The notes beneath the pieces are model-generated. The model ran no database searches. It had not been told where the DNA came from and saw only the letters and a list, made by a program, of their open reading frames with translations. From the NCBI GenBank assembly GCA_965262615.1, contig OZ253545.1, positions 320,001 to 384,000 on the forward strand: a DNA stretch of 64,000 nucleotides, written 5' to 3'. Source of the stretch: Alphaproteobacteria bacterium (GTDB lineage Bacteria; Pseudomonadota; Alphaproteobacteria; GM7ARS4; G965262615). Position numbers and translations under genes: made by a program. Positions 8,506 through 18,480 of the stretch are shown here, piece after piece; within the stretch, counting starts at the first letter, position 1; every line of letters starts with the position of its first letter.

Positions 8506-10404
8506 ATGTCACATTATGATGTGGTTGTGATTGGTGGCGGTCATGCGGGCGTTGAGGCGGCGGCGGCGGCGGCGCGCATGGGGGCGCGCGTGGCTCTGGT
8601 GACTCGCAAACGAGATGATGTGGGCGTCATGTCATGCAATCCCGCCATTGGTGGCGTGGGCAAGGGTCATCTGGTGTGTGAGTGTGACGCTCTGGATGGC
8701 TTGATGGGACGCGCGATTGATGAGGCGGGCATTCAGTTTCGCACCCTCAACAAAAGTCGCGGCGCGGCGGTATGGGGACCACGGGCGCAAGCCGACCGCA
8801 CTCTTTATGCACAGGCTGTGCGCGCCATGCTGCAGGACGAGACATCCATCACGCTCCTTGAAGACGAGGTGGTGGATATCCAAGTCACGCGCCACAAAAA
8901 ACCGTCCCAATGGCAGCTGCAAGGAGTGATTCTCGCGCACGGCGGTTTTGTGGCGGCGCGCACGGCTATTTTGACCACGGGCACATTTTTGCGCGGCATC
9001 ATTCGCATCGGCGATTGGAGTCGCAGTGCGGGGCGCATGGGCGATGATGCCACCACCCACCTCTCGCAAAAACTGCAATCATTGGGACTCACCCTCGGAC
9101 GCCTCAAAACAGGAACGCCACCACGATTGGATGGCAACACCATCCATAAGGAGAAAACATCGCGGCAATACGGCGATGAAAACCCACTGTTCTTTTCCGC
9201 TTTCACTCACAAACTGCGGCAGCGGCAAATTCAATGCTTCGTCACCCACACCAATGACAGGACTCATGCCATCATTCGCCACGCGCAAAAAAATCCTCAT
9301 CGCGATGGTGCGGGCGAATTGGTGACGGGGCCTCGCTACTGTCCTTCGCTGGAGGAAAAAGTCGTGCGCTTTCCGCAGCAATCCTCCCACACGATTTTTT
9401 TAGAGCCAGAGGGATTAAACGACAGCACCATTTATCCCAATGGCTTGTCCATGTCGGTGTGTGAGAAGACGCAAAAAACGGTCATTCACAGCATCAAGGG
9501 ACTGGAGGATGCGCGCATTGTGCGCTACGGCTACAGCGTCTCTTATGACTATGTGCGAGGGTGTCATGTGAATCATCGTCTTGGTGTTCGCTGCGTTGCG
9601 GGATTGTATCTGGCGGGACAAATCAATGGCTCTACGGGCTATGAAGAGGCGGCGGCGCAGGGGTTGGTGGCGGGCATCAATGCGGCTCATGAGGCGGGCG
9701 GCGGCGCGCCAGAAGACGGATTCATGCCGAGTCGCGCCACCGCCTATATGGGGGTGATGATAGACGACCTCATTCGCCATGACCTCACCGAACCCTATCG
9801 CATGCTGACGGCTCGTGCGGAATATCGTCTGCGTCTGCGCTGTGACAACGCCATGAAGCGTCTGACACCGCACGGCATCAGACTCAATTGCTTGAGCAAA
9901 AAGCGCATTGCCCTGTGGCGACACATGGAACGCAACGATGAAGAGGCGCGCGCCTATCTGCATGGACATCGCCTGTCGGCATCCGTGTTGCGAGAACATG
10001 ATGTCGCTGTGCCGCGCGATGGTGTGCTGCCCACACTGGCGGAAGCCGTGTTTCATGAGACCATTCCCATGAAAGATTTGGCGCGTCACTACCCTCATCT
10101 TCCCACCCTCTGCTGTGATGCGGTGCGGCGCGTGGGCATTGAATGGTTTTATAGCCCCTATGTGAAGCGTCATGAATCTCAATTGGCTCTGTTGCACAAG
10201 GAGTCGCACACATTTCTTGATGAGGAATTGAATTATGATGATGTTCATGGCTTGTCTCATGAGGCGATGGCGGCACTGAAGCGCGCTCGCCCCACCGATT
10301 TGGCGGCGGCGTCTCGCCTTGAGGGCGTGACACCTGCCGCCCTCATTGCCCTGCTGCGCCACACCCGTCATGTTTCACGTGAAACATCGCCCGCCGCTTC
10401 ATAA
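8506..10404 (+). CDS. mnmG: tRNA uridine 5-carboxymethylaminomethyl modification enzyme MnmG/GidA
   Basis: GGGHAGVEAA, MSCNPAIGG, LKTGTPPRL, GPRYCPS, AGQINGSTGYEEAAAQG. Confidence 0.98.
   Translation: MSHYDVVVIGGGHAGVEAAAAAARMGARVALVTRKRDDVGVMSCNPAIGGVGKGHLVCECDALDGLMGRAIDEAGIQFRTLNKSRGAAVWGPRAQADRTLYAQAVRAMLQDETSITLLEDEVVDIQVTRHKKPSQWQLQGVILAHGGFVAARTAILTTGTFLRGIIRIGDWSRSAGRMGDDATTHLSQKLQSLGLTLGRLKTGTPPRLDGNTIHKEKTSRQYGDENPLFFSAFTHKLRQRQIQCFVTHTNDRTHAIIRHAQKNPHRDGAGELVTGPRYCPSLEEKVVRFPQQSSHTIFLEPEGLNDSTIYPNGLSMSVCEKTQKTVIHSIKGLEDARIVRYGYSVSYDYVRGCHVNHRLGVRCVAGLYLAGQINGSTGYEEAAAQGLVAGINAAHEAGGGAPEDGFMPSRATAYMGVMIDDLIRHDLTEPYRMLTARAEYRLRLRCDNAMKRLTPHGIRLNCLSKKRIALWRHMERNDEEARAYLHGHRLSASVLREHDVAVPRDGVLPTLAEAVFHETIPMKDLARHYPHLPTLCCDAVRRVGIEWFYSPYVKRHESQLALLHKESHTFLDEELNYDDVHGLSHEAMAALKRARPTDLAAASRLEGVTPAALIALLRHTRHVSRETSPAAS
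10371..10386. promoter_or_regulatory. parS centromere site (ParB binding), copy 1
   Basis: Perfect palindrome TGTTTCACGTGAAACA in the mnmG 3' end, <1 kb from parAB. Confidence 0.95.
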
Positions 10405-10407
10405 CGA

Positions 10408-11034
10408 ATGTTTCACGTGAAACATGATGCACGCGCCGCTTTGCTTCACTATGGCGATGTGTTGGAGGCATGGGGACGCACCCTTGCCATCGGCGGCAAA
10501 CGAGGCGGACGGCGCGCCATTGACCAGCGCATTGAGCGCAGTCTGCAATTGTTTCCATTTCTTGAGAGGGTTGTCAAAAGATACAATGGAAAAATCAACA
10601 TATCAGACATGGGAAGCGGCGTGGGAATTCCCGCCATCCCCCTTGCCATCGCCGCCACACACCAAAAGGCGAATTATTGGCGACAGGTCACATTTCATCT
10701 GGTGGAAAAACAAAGACGGCGAGCCCTTTTGTTGCAAGAAATTGTGCGGCGATTGCAACTGCCTCATGTCACCGTCCATCACGGAAATTTGGACACAATG
10801 GAATCCCTTGAGGCTCATGTTTTCACCGCCGCCACGGTGGCATCTTTGGGAACTTTGTGTCGTTGGATGGAACGCCACAAAAGCCCCGCTCACTGCGCCG
10901 CTCTGCTCCTCAAAGGACGAGGCTTTTTGAGGGAATTGCACCAAGCGCAAAAATCATGGATAATAGAGCATGACATTCATCCTCTTGCTCAAGAGGGGGT
11001 GATTTTGCACCTCAACCACTGGACTTCACGATGA
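10408..11034 (+). CDS. rsmG: 16S rRNA m7G527 methyltransferase RsmG/GidB (divergent)
   Basis: DMGSGVGIPAIPLAI SAM motif, LVE, LLLKG; mnmG-rsmG-parA-parB synteny. Confidence 0.88.
   Translation: MFHVKHDARAALLHYGDVLEAWGRTLAIGGKRGGRRAIDQRIERSLQLFPFLERVVKRYNGKINISDMGSGVGIPAIPLAIAATHQKANYWRQVTFHLVEKQRRRALLLQEIVRRLQLPHVTVHHGNLDTMESLEAHVFTAATVASLGTLCRWMERHKSPAHCAALLLKGRGFLRELHQAQKSWIIEHDIHPLAQEGVILHLNHWTSR
10409..10424. promoter_or_regulatory. parS centromere site (ParB binding), copy 2
   Basis: Perfect TGTTTCACGTGAAACA overlapping the rsmG start. Confidence 0.95.
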
Positions 11035-11816
11035 CTCAAAACATTATTGCCGTCACCAATCAAAAAGGCGGGGTTGCCAAAACCACCACCGCCGTCAATC
11101 TTGCCACCGCCCTTGCCGCCATTGAGCGCGATGTTTTGGTGGTTGATCTTGACCCGCAAGCCAATGCCACTTCAGGATTTGGAATCAATATCCATGCCGT
11201 CAAACACAGCATCTATGATGTCCTCACTCAGGAGCATCCCATCGGTGATGTCATCACACAGACGGATATTCCTCGTCTCAGCATCATTCCCGCCCACATT
11301 GATCTCGCCGCCGCCGAAATAGAACTGGGAGACGACAATGACGGAACGCTCATTCAGGGAAGTGATAAACTCAGAAAATATCTTCACCATCCCGATATCA
11401 GTCATTTTCATTATGTTTTTATTGATTGCCCCCCCGGCATCGGCTTTCTCACCCTCAATGCCCTCACCGCCGCCACCAGCTACATCATCCCCTTGCAGTG
11501 TGAATTCTACGCCCTGCAAGGACTGGGACAATTGCTGCAATTCGTCAACAGAGTTCGGCGCACCCACAACAACAAGCTCACTCTGTCGGGGGTGCTGCTC
11601 ACCATGTATGACGCACGCAATAGCCTTTCATCGGAAGTCGCCGAAGATGCGCGTCATAATTTTGGCGATAAAGTTTTTGAGACCGTCATTCCTCGCAATG
11701 TGCGTATTGCCGAAGCACCGTCTCATGGCAAACCCGTCTTGTTGTATGACCATAAATCCAGTGGTGCGGAAGCATACGCTTCCCTCGCCAGCGAATTGCT
11801 CAACCGAGAATCATGA
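11031..11816 (+). CDS. parA: Chromosome partitioning ATPase ParA/Soj
   Basis: NQKGGVAKTTTAVNLA, DLDPQANAT, IDCPP, IPRNVRIAEAPSHG. Confidence 0.98.
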   Translation: MTQNIIAVTNQKGGVAKTTTAVNLATALAAIERDVLVVDLDPQANATSGFGINIHAVKHSIYDVLTQEHPIGDVITQTDIPRLSIIPAHIDLAAAEIELGDDNDGTLIQGSDKLRKYLHHPDISHFHYVFIDCPPGIGFLTLNALTAATSYIIPLQCEFYALQGLGQLLQFVNRVRRTHNNKLTLSGVLLTMYDARNSLSSEVAEDARHNFGDKVFETVIPRNVRIAEAPSHGKPVLLYDHKSSGAEAYASLASELLNRES

Positions 11817-12685
11817 ACCCGCAAAAAAAGAAAAAACTGGGAAGAGGACTCGCCGCCCTGCTGGGTGAAGAATCCGCGCAAGCTCTCGTCACCCCCGCCG
11901 CCCAAGGAGGCAAACGGGTGCAGTCGGTCGCCATTGAGTCTTTGCTGGCGGGGACGATGCAGCCGCGCCGCCACTTTGCCGATGACAATCTGGCTGAACT
12001 GACCGCATCCATCAAGGAACACGGAGTCTTACAACCCTTGCTGGTGCGCCCGCACGATGAGGGCACTTTTGAAATCATAGCGGGGGAACGCCGCTTTCGC
12101 GCCGCCACCAGCGTGGGAATCTCCCATCTGCCCGTGCTTGTCGTCCCCATGGATGATGCCACCGCCCTGCAAGTGGGGCTCGTGGAAAACCTGCAAAGAC
12201 AAGATCTCAATCCGCTGGAAGAGGCACAAGGCTACGCTCGCCTTGCCAACGAATTTGAACGCACCCAAGAGGAAATCGCTCGTGTCGTGGGCAAAAGTCG
12301 CTCCCATGTCGCCAACATGATGCGCCTGCTCACCCTTCCTGACACCATTCAAACCATGCTCTTGCAAAACCTTCTCACCATGGGTCATGCTCGTCTGTTG
12401 GTGGGACGCACCGATGCCATTGCGCGCGCTCAACGCATGATTAAAGAAAACATGAGCGTCCGTTCCGCCGAACAATGGATGACACGCAATTCAACATCTT
12501 CGCCCAAAACGACAAAAGTCGCCAAGGATGCCGATGTCGTCCAACTGGAAAAAAGCCTCTCCAATGAACTTGGACTCGCCGTGCGTCTGCACCATCAAAA
12601 AGGCAGGGGCTCCCTCACCATTCACTATCATGACAGTGACCAACTGGATGGCATCATTGAACGCCTGAAGCGACCGCTTGCGTGA
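11813..12685 (+). CDS. parB: Chromosome partitioning protein ParB
   Basis: LGRGLAALL, QPRRHF, IIAGERRFRAA, VENLQRQDLNPLEEA, HTH. Confidence 0.98.
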   Translation: MNPQKKKKLGRGLAALLGEESAQALVTPAAQGGKRVQSVAIESLLAGTMQPRRHFADDNLAELTASIKEHGVLQPLLVRPHDEGTFEIIAGERRFRAATSVGISHLPVLVVPMDDATALQVGLVENLQRQDLNPLEEAQGYARLANEFERTQEEIARVVGKSRSHVANMMRLLTLPDTIQTMLLQNLLTMGHARLLVGRTDAIARAQRMIKENMSVRSAEQWMTRNSTSSPKTTKVAKDADVVQLEKSLSNELGLAVRLHHQKGRGSLTIHYHDSDQLDGIIERLKRPLA

Positions 12686-12695
12686 GCCATTGCCC

Positions 12696-12741
12696 GTTCT
12701 ATTTTCGTTCTTCTTTTTGTTCTTCTTTTTGTTCTATTTGC
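12696..12741. repeat. Short 11-12 bp tandem repeat (GTTCTWYTTTY, four copies) between convergent parB and mnmE
   Basis: GTTCTATTTTC GTTCTTCTTTTT GTTCTTCTTTTT GTTCTATTTGC. Confidence 0.8.
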
Positions 12742-14095
12742 CGATGCACAAAGAGCCGAACAGGTAATCCAGCATCTCCTCTGCGCCGCCGTGCCCCGTC
12801 ACCGCCCCCAAGGATGCGAGCGCGTCGCGCACATATTCCGCCGTCAATTCCTCTTGTCCTTGTGGCGTTTTTGCCGCCTGTGCCAGCAGTGATGCCGCCT
12901 CCTGCACCACCCGCCGCACTCGCGCTCGGGTGATGACCGGCGACTCGCCATTGTCATCATGCGCCATCATGCGCTGGCGCAGCTTCTCATAGCATCGTTG
13001 TGCCACCGATGCCGCCGTTGCCACAATGGCGAGAGGCTTTGCTCCTTGCCGCTGGCGACAAAACGCCGCCACTTTTTGATAAAAATCCTTCGTCTCGGGT
13101 TGATCATTTTTATTCACCAAAACCATCCACTGATGAGGCTGTCGCTCACCAATCCATGCGCGCCACACCGTCTCATCACCCTGAGCATCGTGAGCCAGCA
13201 CCAGCCACAGCTCATCGGCTTTGTGCACCATCCGATGTGTTTTGCCCATGGCGGCGGCATCCAGCTCATCGCGAGCTTCTCCCAAGCCCGCCGTGTCATA
13301 AAAACAAATCAACTGACCATCCAACTCACGATGATAACGCACCACATCTCGTGTTGTGCCCGCGGTGTCACTCACCAAAGAAACCTCTTCTTGACTGAGT
13401 TGATTCATCAGTGTTGATTTTCCCGCATTGGGCGGTCCCACGAGGGCAATCTGTATCCCCTCTCGCACCTGTTCGCCTTTGCGTCTTTGCAATTCGCGCT
13501 GCAATTCATCATGCACCGTGAGCAAGCTTCTGCGCGCCTTTTGCATCATGTCGTGGGGCAAATCCTCATCGGTAAAATCAATGGCGGCTTCGTAGAACGC
13601 CAAAACCTCCATCAGTGTGCTGCGCCATTGTTCAATTTTTTGTCGCCCCTCACCGCGCCACTGCTGCAATGCCTGCTGCCTTTGTGCCTCAGTGCGTGCC
13701 GCCATCAAATCCGCCAAGCCCTCCACAGAAGTCACATCCAGCTTTCCCGCCAAAAATGCGCGCCGCGTCAATTCTCCCGCTTGGGCGGCGCGCACATCGG
13801 TCATCTCATCCAGCTTTGCCACCACCGCCGCCAGTGTCGCCACTCCACCATGACAGTGCAGCTCCGCCATGTCCTCCCCCGTATAACTGTGAGGCGCAGG
13901 CAACCACACAACCATCGCCTCATCCAGAACATTTGTTCCATCTCGCAACAGACGCAATTGCATCATTCTGGGCGGCGGCAATTCATCACGCAAAAAAGAT
14001 GCCAAGACCTTCCGCACGCCCTTGCCCGATAAGCGAATCACCCCGATGGCTGACGGCGGCTGTCCCGTGCCCAACGCATAAATCACTGTCGCCAT
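12734..14095 (-). CDS. mnmE: tRNA modification GTPase MnmE/TrmE
   Basis: SYTGEDMAELHCHG, GPPNAGKSTL, GTTRD, DTAG, NKND, C-terminal CIGK. Confidence 0.97.
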   Translation of the reverse strand: MATVIYALGTGQPPSAIGVIRLSGKGVRKVLASFLRDELPPPRMMQLRLLRDGTNVLDEAMVVWLPAPHSYTGEDMAELHCHGGVATLAAVVAKLDEMTDVRAAQAGELTRRAFLAGKLDVTSVEGLADLMAARTEAQRQQALQQWRGEGRQKIEQWRSTLMEVLAFYEAAIDFTDEDLPHDMMQKARRSLLTVHDELQRELQRRKGEQVREGIQIALVGPPNAGKSTLMNQLSQEEVSLVSDTAGTTRDVVRYHRELDGQLICFYDTAGLGEARDELDAAAMGKTHRMVHKADELWLVLAHDAQGDETVWRAWIGERQPHQWMVLVNKNDQPETKDFYQKVAAFCRQRQGAKPLAIVATAASVAQRCYEKLRQRMMAHDDNGESPVITRARVRRVVQEAASLLAQAAKTPQGQEELTAEYVRDALASLGAVTGHGGAEEMLDYLFGSLCIGK

Positions 14096-14204
14096 ATAAT
14101 CCCTCTCAGTGCTTGCGATAAAGAGCAAAAGTCTCTAAATCTTTCTCTAATCAAAACCACTAACAAAGCAACCGCCAGTGTAACCCAAGAACAAGAGAAT
14201 AGAC

Positions 14205-14756
14205 ATGAACAAAGAACAATTAAAAATCGCTGGCGCGCTCATGGCTTTGGTCTTGACCATCACCGTTGGCAGTGTTGGCACGGACTTGATTTACCATCCG
14301 TTCATATCCACCACCGACAGCAAACCCGCTTTTCTGCCGGAACAAGACACCGCAACCGCCTCTCCCACCACAAAAAAAGATTCTCAGCCTCAAGATGACA
14401 GCGCGTCCCTGCCGGATCGCCTCAAAAATGCCAGCATCACCCATGGTGAAAAAGTCGCCCGCCGATGCAAAGCCTGTCATTCCCTCAAGAAAAATGGCGC
14501 GATCAAAATTGGTCCTCCCCTGTGGAGCATTGTGGGAAGTCCTGTGGCATCCTTCTTTGGCTTTAACTATTCCGATTCTCTTAAAAATCTCAACACCATT
14601 TGGAGTCCCGCCGAACTGGATCGTTTTCTCAAAAAACCCTCCCGCTATGTCCCCGGCACAAAAATGAGTTTCGCCGGCATTGAAGACGGCAAAGATCGCG
14701 CCGATATCATCGCCTATTTGCGCACCCTCACCGCTGGAGGCAAGGGCGATCAATAA
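14205..14756 (+). CDS. cycM: Membrane-anchored cytochrome c (CycM/c2 family)
   Basis: N-terminal TM helix, CKACH, GPPLW, PGTKMSFAGI. Confidence 0.92.
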   Translation: MNKEQLKIAGALMALVLTITVGSVGTDLIYHPFISTTDSKPAFLPEQDTATASPTTKKDSQPQDDSASLPDRLKNASITHGEKVARRCKACHSLKKNGAIKIGPPLWSIVGSPVASFFGFNYSDSLKNLNTIWSPAELDRFLKKPSRYVPGTKMSFAGIEDGKDRADIIAYLRTLTAGGKGDQ

Positions 14757-14766
14757 TTCATCTCCT

Positions 14767-15549
14767 TTGCCCGCCTCGCTGCGACAGCTCGCCCATCGTC
14801 TCGCCGATGATGCCAGAGGCATCCTCACCGACAATTTTCGCAACCCCCATCGCGTGCAATACAAAACCGATGGCACACCCGTCACCACCATAGACACCAC
14901 CATTGAACGCCATCTGCGCGGTGTCATTGAAAAACACGCCCCCCATTGCGGCATCATCGGCGAGGAAGAGCCTCCTCATAACGAAAATGCCCCGTGGCTT
15001 TTTGTGTGTGATCCTCTGGATGGAACGCTGGCGTATATCAGTGGCAAGCCCCTGTTTGGCTTTTTGCTGGCAATCGTTCATCAGCGTCTTCCCCTCTATG
15101 GCATCATTGATAGCCCCATCACCCAAGAACGCTGGCACGGCGGTGACTCCTTTGCCTGCCAACACAATGGCACGCCCGTTCGCACTCATGACAAAACAAT
15201 CCTTGCCAATTCCATCCTGCACGCCACCAGCCCCCACATGTTTTTGCCTCATCAAGAAGCGGCGTTTCATCGCCTGCGCGCGATGTGTCGCTCGGTCATC
15301 TATGGCAGTGACTGCTACGCCTACGGCTTGCTCGCCTCTGGATTTGCCGATGTCATTGCCGAAGCCACCATGAAACCCGCCGACTTTCTGGCTCTTGCTC
15401 CCGTCATCACATCAGCAGGCGGGGTCATCTCCGATTGGCACGGGCGCGCCCTCACCCTTGATTCCGATGGCACCGTTCTTGCCGCCGCATCAACAGCTTT
15501 ACATCGCCAAGCCATCACCTTACTTAATGCTCATGACTCACCGTTTTAG
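14767..15549 (+). CDS. hisN: Histidinol-phosphatase, inositol monophosphatase family
   Basis: GIIGEE, DPLDGT, DCYAYGLLASG, GGVISDW. Start uncertain: TTG at 14767, or in-frame ATC at 14749 behind GGAGG. Confidence 0.85.
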   Translation: MPASLRQLAHRLADDARGILTDNFRNPHRVQYKTDGTPVTTIDTTIERHLRGVIEKHAPHCGIIGEEEPPHNENAPWLFVCDPLDGTLAYISGKPLFGFLLAIVHQRLPLYGIIDSPITQERWHGGDSFACQHNGTPVRTHDKTILANSILHATSPHMFLPHQEAAFHRLRAMCRSVIYGSDCYAYGLLASGFADVIAEATMKPADFLALAPVITSAGGVISDWHGRALTLDSDGTVLAAASTALHRQAITLLNAHDSPF

Positions 15550-17359
15550 CTCCATTATTGTGATGGTCGCCCTTGTTGCGACCCTTGGCAGCCGCGCCCA
15601 TGCGTCTGATCTCCATGCCCTCGCCCTCTACGGCGAGCCTCGCTACAGTGCCGATTTTACTCATTTCGCCTATGCCAACCCCAATGCCCCCAAAGGCGGA
15701 CGATTTAAAACCGCCGCCGTCGGACAATTTGATAACTTTAATCCCTTTATCCTCAAAGGAATCCCCGCCAATGGTCTCAATAGTTATCTCTTTGAAACAT
15801 TGCTCACCCCCTCTTATGATGAAGCCGCCAGTCACTATGGCTTGATTGCCCGTAGTGTGACGGTGTCACCCAATGGGCCCAATGGGCAAAAAATCACCTT
15901 TCACATTCGCACCGATGCCCGCTTTCATGACGGTGCGCCCATCACCGCCGCCGATGTCCAATTTTCATTTGACACCCTGATGGAAAAAGGACACCCATTT
16001 TTTCGGTTCTATTATCGCGATGTGGACAAAGTCACCACCACAGACCCATCATCGGTGACCTTTCATCTTGCCCCCAATGCCGCAAAAGAATTGCCCCTCA
16101 TCATCGGCTCGCAATTGCCCATCCTTGCCAAGCATTTTTGGCAGAATCATGATTTCTCCGAACCCTTGCTCACCCCCCCCATCAGCAGTGGGCCCTACCG
16201 CATCAGCGACTTTGCCTTCAATCAACGAGTCATCTACACCCGTGATGAAAACTACTGGGGACGCCATCTTGCCGTCAATCAGGGACGCCACAACTTTGAT
16301 ACCATCCACATTGATTATTATCGCGATGCCACCGTCGCCCTTGAGGGATTTCGCTCCCATGCCTACGATTTTCGAGCCGAAAATCAAGCCAAAGCATGGG
16401 CACACGGTTACGCGTGGGATGATGTCACCAATGGCTTTGTCATTGTTGAAGAAATTCCCCATCAAATCCCCACCGGTATGCAAGGATTTGTCTTTAACAC
16501 CCGCAAAACAATCTTCAGAGATTCTCGCGTCAGGCAGGCTCTCATTTTGCTTTACGATTTCGCATGGGCTAATCGCAATCTTTTTCACAACGCCTACACC
16601 CGTAGCACCAGCTATTTCAGCAATTCCGAATTGGCAGCGCGCGGTGAGCCATCGCCCGAAGAGAAACAACTCCTCAAACCCTTCGCCCATCAATTGCCGC
16701 CAGAGACTCTCACCTCCGCTTATGAAGCTCCCGTTGCTCACGAAAAAAACGGCATGCGTCCCCTCATGCGTGAGGCGCGCCGTCTGCTTCAGGACGCGGG
16801 GTGGAATCTGAACCAACAAAAAATGACCCACCAGAAAACTGGCGACACGCTGCAATTTGAAATTCTTTTGCGCAATCCACAATTTGAACGAGTGGTTGCG
16901 CCCTACATTCAAAGCCTCAAACGCCTCGGCATTGATGCTCGCCTGCGGCTCATTCAAGACGACTCCCAGTATCAAAAAAAGCTGGATGATTTTGACTTTG
17001 ACATGGTGGTGAGCGTCTTTCCCGCCTCTATCACCCCCGGCAATGAACTGCGCGATTTGTTCTCCAGCCAAGCCGCCGACACATCCGGCAGCCGCAATCT
17101 GGCAGGGATTCGTCATGAGGCGGTGGATTATCTCGTTGAACGAATCATCACCGCCGATGATCGCACCTCCGTGATTGTCAGTGTTAAAGCTCTTGATCGC
17201 GTCCTTTTGTGGAATCATTATGTCGTGCCTCATTGGCATATCGGTTATTTTCGCATCGCTTGGTGGAACATGTTTTCTCGTCCCGCCATTCAACCGCCCT
17301 ATAATTTGGCTTTGGATTTTTGGTGGTATGATCAAGAAAAAGCAGCGTCCATCCCCTGA
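15527..17359 (+). CDS. yejA: Peptide ABC transporter substrate-binding protein (YejA family)
   Basis: FTHFAYANPNAPKGG, FDNFNPFILKG, ARFHDG, LDRVLLWNHYVVPHW. Confidence 0.92.
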   Translation: MLMTHRFSSIIVMVALVATLGSRAHASDLHALALYGEPRYSADFTHFAYANPNAPKGGRFKTAAVGQFDNFNPFILKGIPANGLNSYLFETLLTPSYDEAASHYGLIARSVTVSPNGPNGQKITFHIRTDARFHDGAPITAADVQFSFDTLMEKGHPFFRFYYRDVDKVTTTDPSSVTFHLAPNAAKELPLIIGSQLPILAKHFWQNHDFSEPLLTPPISSGPYRISDFAFNQRVIYTRDENYWGRHLAVNQGRHNFDTIHIDYYRDATVALEGFRSHAYDFRAENQAKAWAHGYAWDDVTNGFVIVEEIPHQIPTGMQGFVFNTRKTIFRDSRVRQALILLYDFAWANRNLFHNAYTRSTSYFSNSELAARGEPSPEEKQLLKPFAHQLPPETLTSAYEAPVAHEKNGMRPLMREARRLLQDAGWNLNQQKMTHQKTGDTLQFEILLRNPQFERVVAPYIQSLKRLGIDARLRLIQDDSQYQKKLDDFDFDMVVSVFPASITPGNELRDLFSSQAADTSGSRNLAGIRHEAVDYLVERIITADDRTSVIVSVKALDRVLLWNHYVVPHWHIGYFRIAWWNMFSRPAIQPPYNLALDFWWYDQEKAASIP

Positions 17360-17375
17360 ACCCATCGCCTGAGTC

Positions 17376-18476
17376 ATGAGACGCTACATCCTTCGCCGCC
17401 TTTTGCTCATCGCGCCGACATTGTTCGGAATTTTGCTCATCAATTTCGTCATCGTCCAAGCCGCCCCCGGAGGACCCGTCGAACAAGCCATTGCCACCCT
17501 TAAAGGACAATCATTGGGCGCGACCGCCATGATCAACCGAAGCGGCGGTGATGTCATGTCATCTGCGCAAAACGCCGCCACCCAAGGGGGACTTCAGGAC
17601 AATTATCGCGGCAGCGAAGGGCTCGACCCGCAACTCATTGAGTCCATCGAAAAACTCTATGGATTCGACCAGCCCCCTCTGACCCGTTTTGGCATCATGC
17701 TGGTCAATTATCTGCAATTTGATTTGGGTGACAGCTTCATTCATGGACGCTCAGTGACTGAGCTCATCATTGACAAGCTGCCGGTCTCCATCTCGCTGGG
17801 CTTTTGGACTCTTTTGCTGGTCTATCTCATTTCCATTCCTCTGGGCATCATCAAAGCCACTCGGGACGGCTCTCGTTTTGATTTATGGACTTCTTCGGTC
17901 ATCATCATCGGCTATGCCGTTCCCAGTTTTCTTTTTGCCATCTTGCTCATCATTTTTTTTGCTGGCGGCAGTTTTTGGAATCTGTTTCCTCTGCGCGGCT
18001 TGGTGTCCGATAATTTCGCCGAACTCTCTTTATGGCAACAAATCGGTGACTATTTATGGCACATCACTCTGCCCGTGGTCTCCATGGTCATCAGTGGCTT
18101 TGCCGGTCTCACCATGCTCACCAAAAACGCCTTCCTTGAAGAAATCAACAAAATGTATGTGCGCACCGCCTTTGCCAAAGGATTGACGCACAATCGTGTG
18201 CTCTATGGTCATGTATTTCGCAATGCCATGCTCATCGTGATTGCCGGATTTCCCGCCGCCTTCATTGGGATTCTTTTCACCGGTGCTCTGCTCACTGAGA
18301 TCATCTTCTCCCTTGATGGACTCGGGCTTCTGGGATTTGAAGCCGCCCTCCAAAGAGATTATCCCGTCTTGTTTGGAAGTTTGTATATCTACAGTCTGGT
18401 GGCTCTGCTGCTGCGCATCATCAGCGATCTCTCTTATCGGCTGATTGACCCCCGCATTGATTTTGACAAAAAATAG
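17376..18476 (+). CDS. yejB: Peptide ABC transporter permease YejB
   Basis: VQAAPGGPVEQ, LPVSISLG, HVFRNAML, DPRIDF. Confidence 0.95.
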   Translation: MRRYILRRLLLIAPTLFGILLINFVIVQAAPGGPVEQAIATLKGQSLGATAMINRSGGDVMSSAQNAATQGGLQDNYRGSEGLDPQLIESIEKLYGFDQPPLTRFGIMLVNYLQFDLGDSFIHGRSVTELIIDKLPVSISLGFWTLLLVYLISIPLGIIKATRDGSRFDLWTSSVIIIGYAVPSFLFAILLIIFFAGGSFWNLFPLRGLVSDNFAELSLWQQIGDYLWHITLPVVSMVISGFAGLTMLTKNAFLEEINKMYVRTAFAKGLTHNRVLYGHVFRNAMLIVIAGFPAAFIGILFTGALLTEIIFSLDGLGLLGFEAALQRDYPVLFGSLYIYSLVALLLRIISDLSYRLIDPRIDFDKK

Positions 18477-18480
18477 TCTC

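Noticed and set aside
12696-12710. Alphaproteobacterial LexA box GTTC-N7-GTTC
   Set aside because: Exact match, but it lies between two convergent 3' ends and is part of a simple tandem repeat, with no promoter to control.
15870-15888. 9-bp duplication CCCAATGGG (PNGPNG) in yejA
   Set aside because: Tiny in-frame slippage in a probable loop; no further signal.
16049-17377. Long antisense ORFs (442 aa here; also 9415-10371, 4972-5814, 54168-55067, 41535-42377)
   Set aside because: They mirror well-supported genes and show no recognisable motifs.
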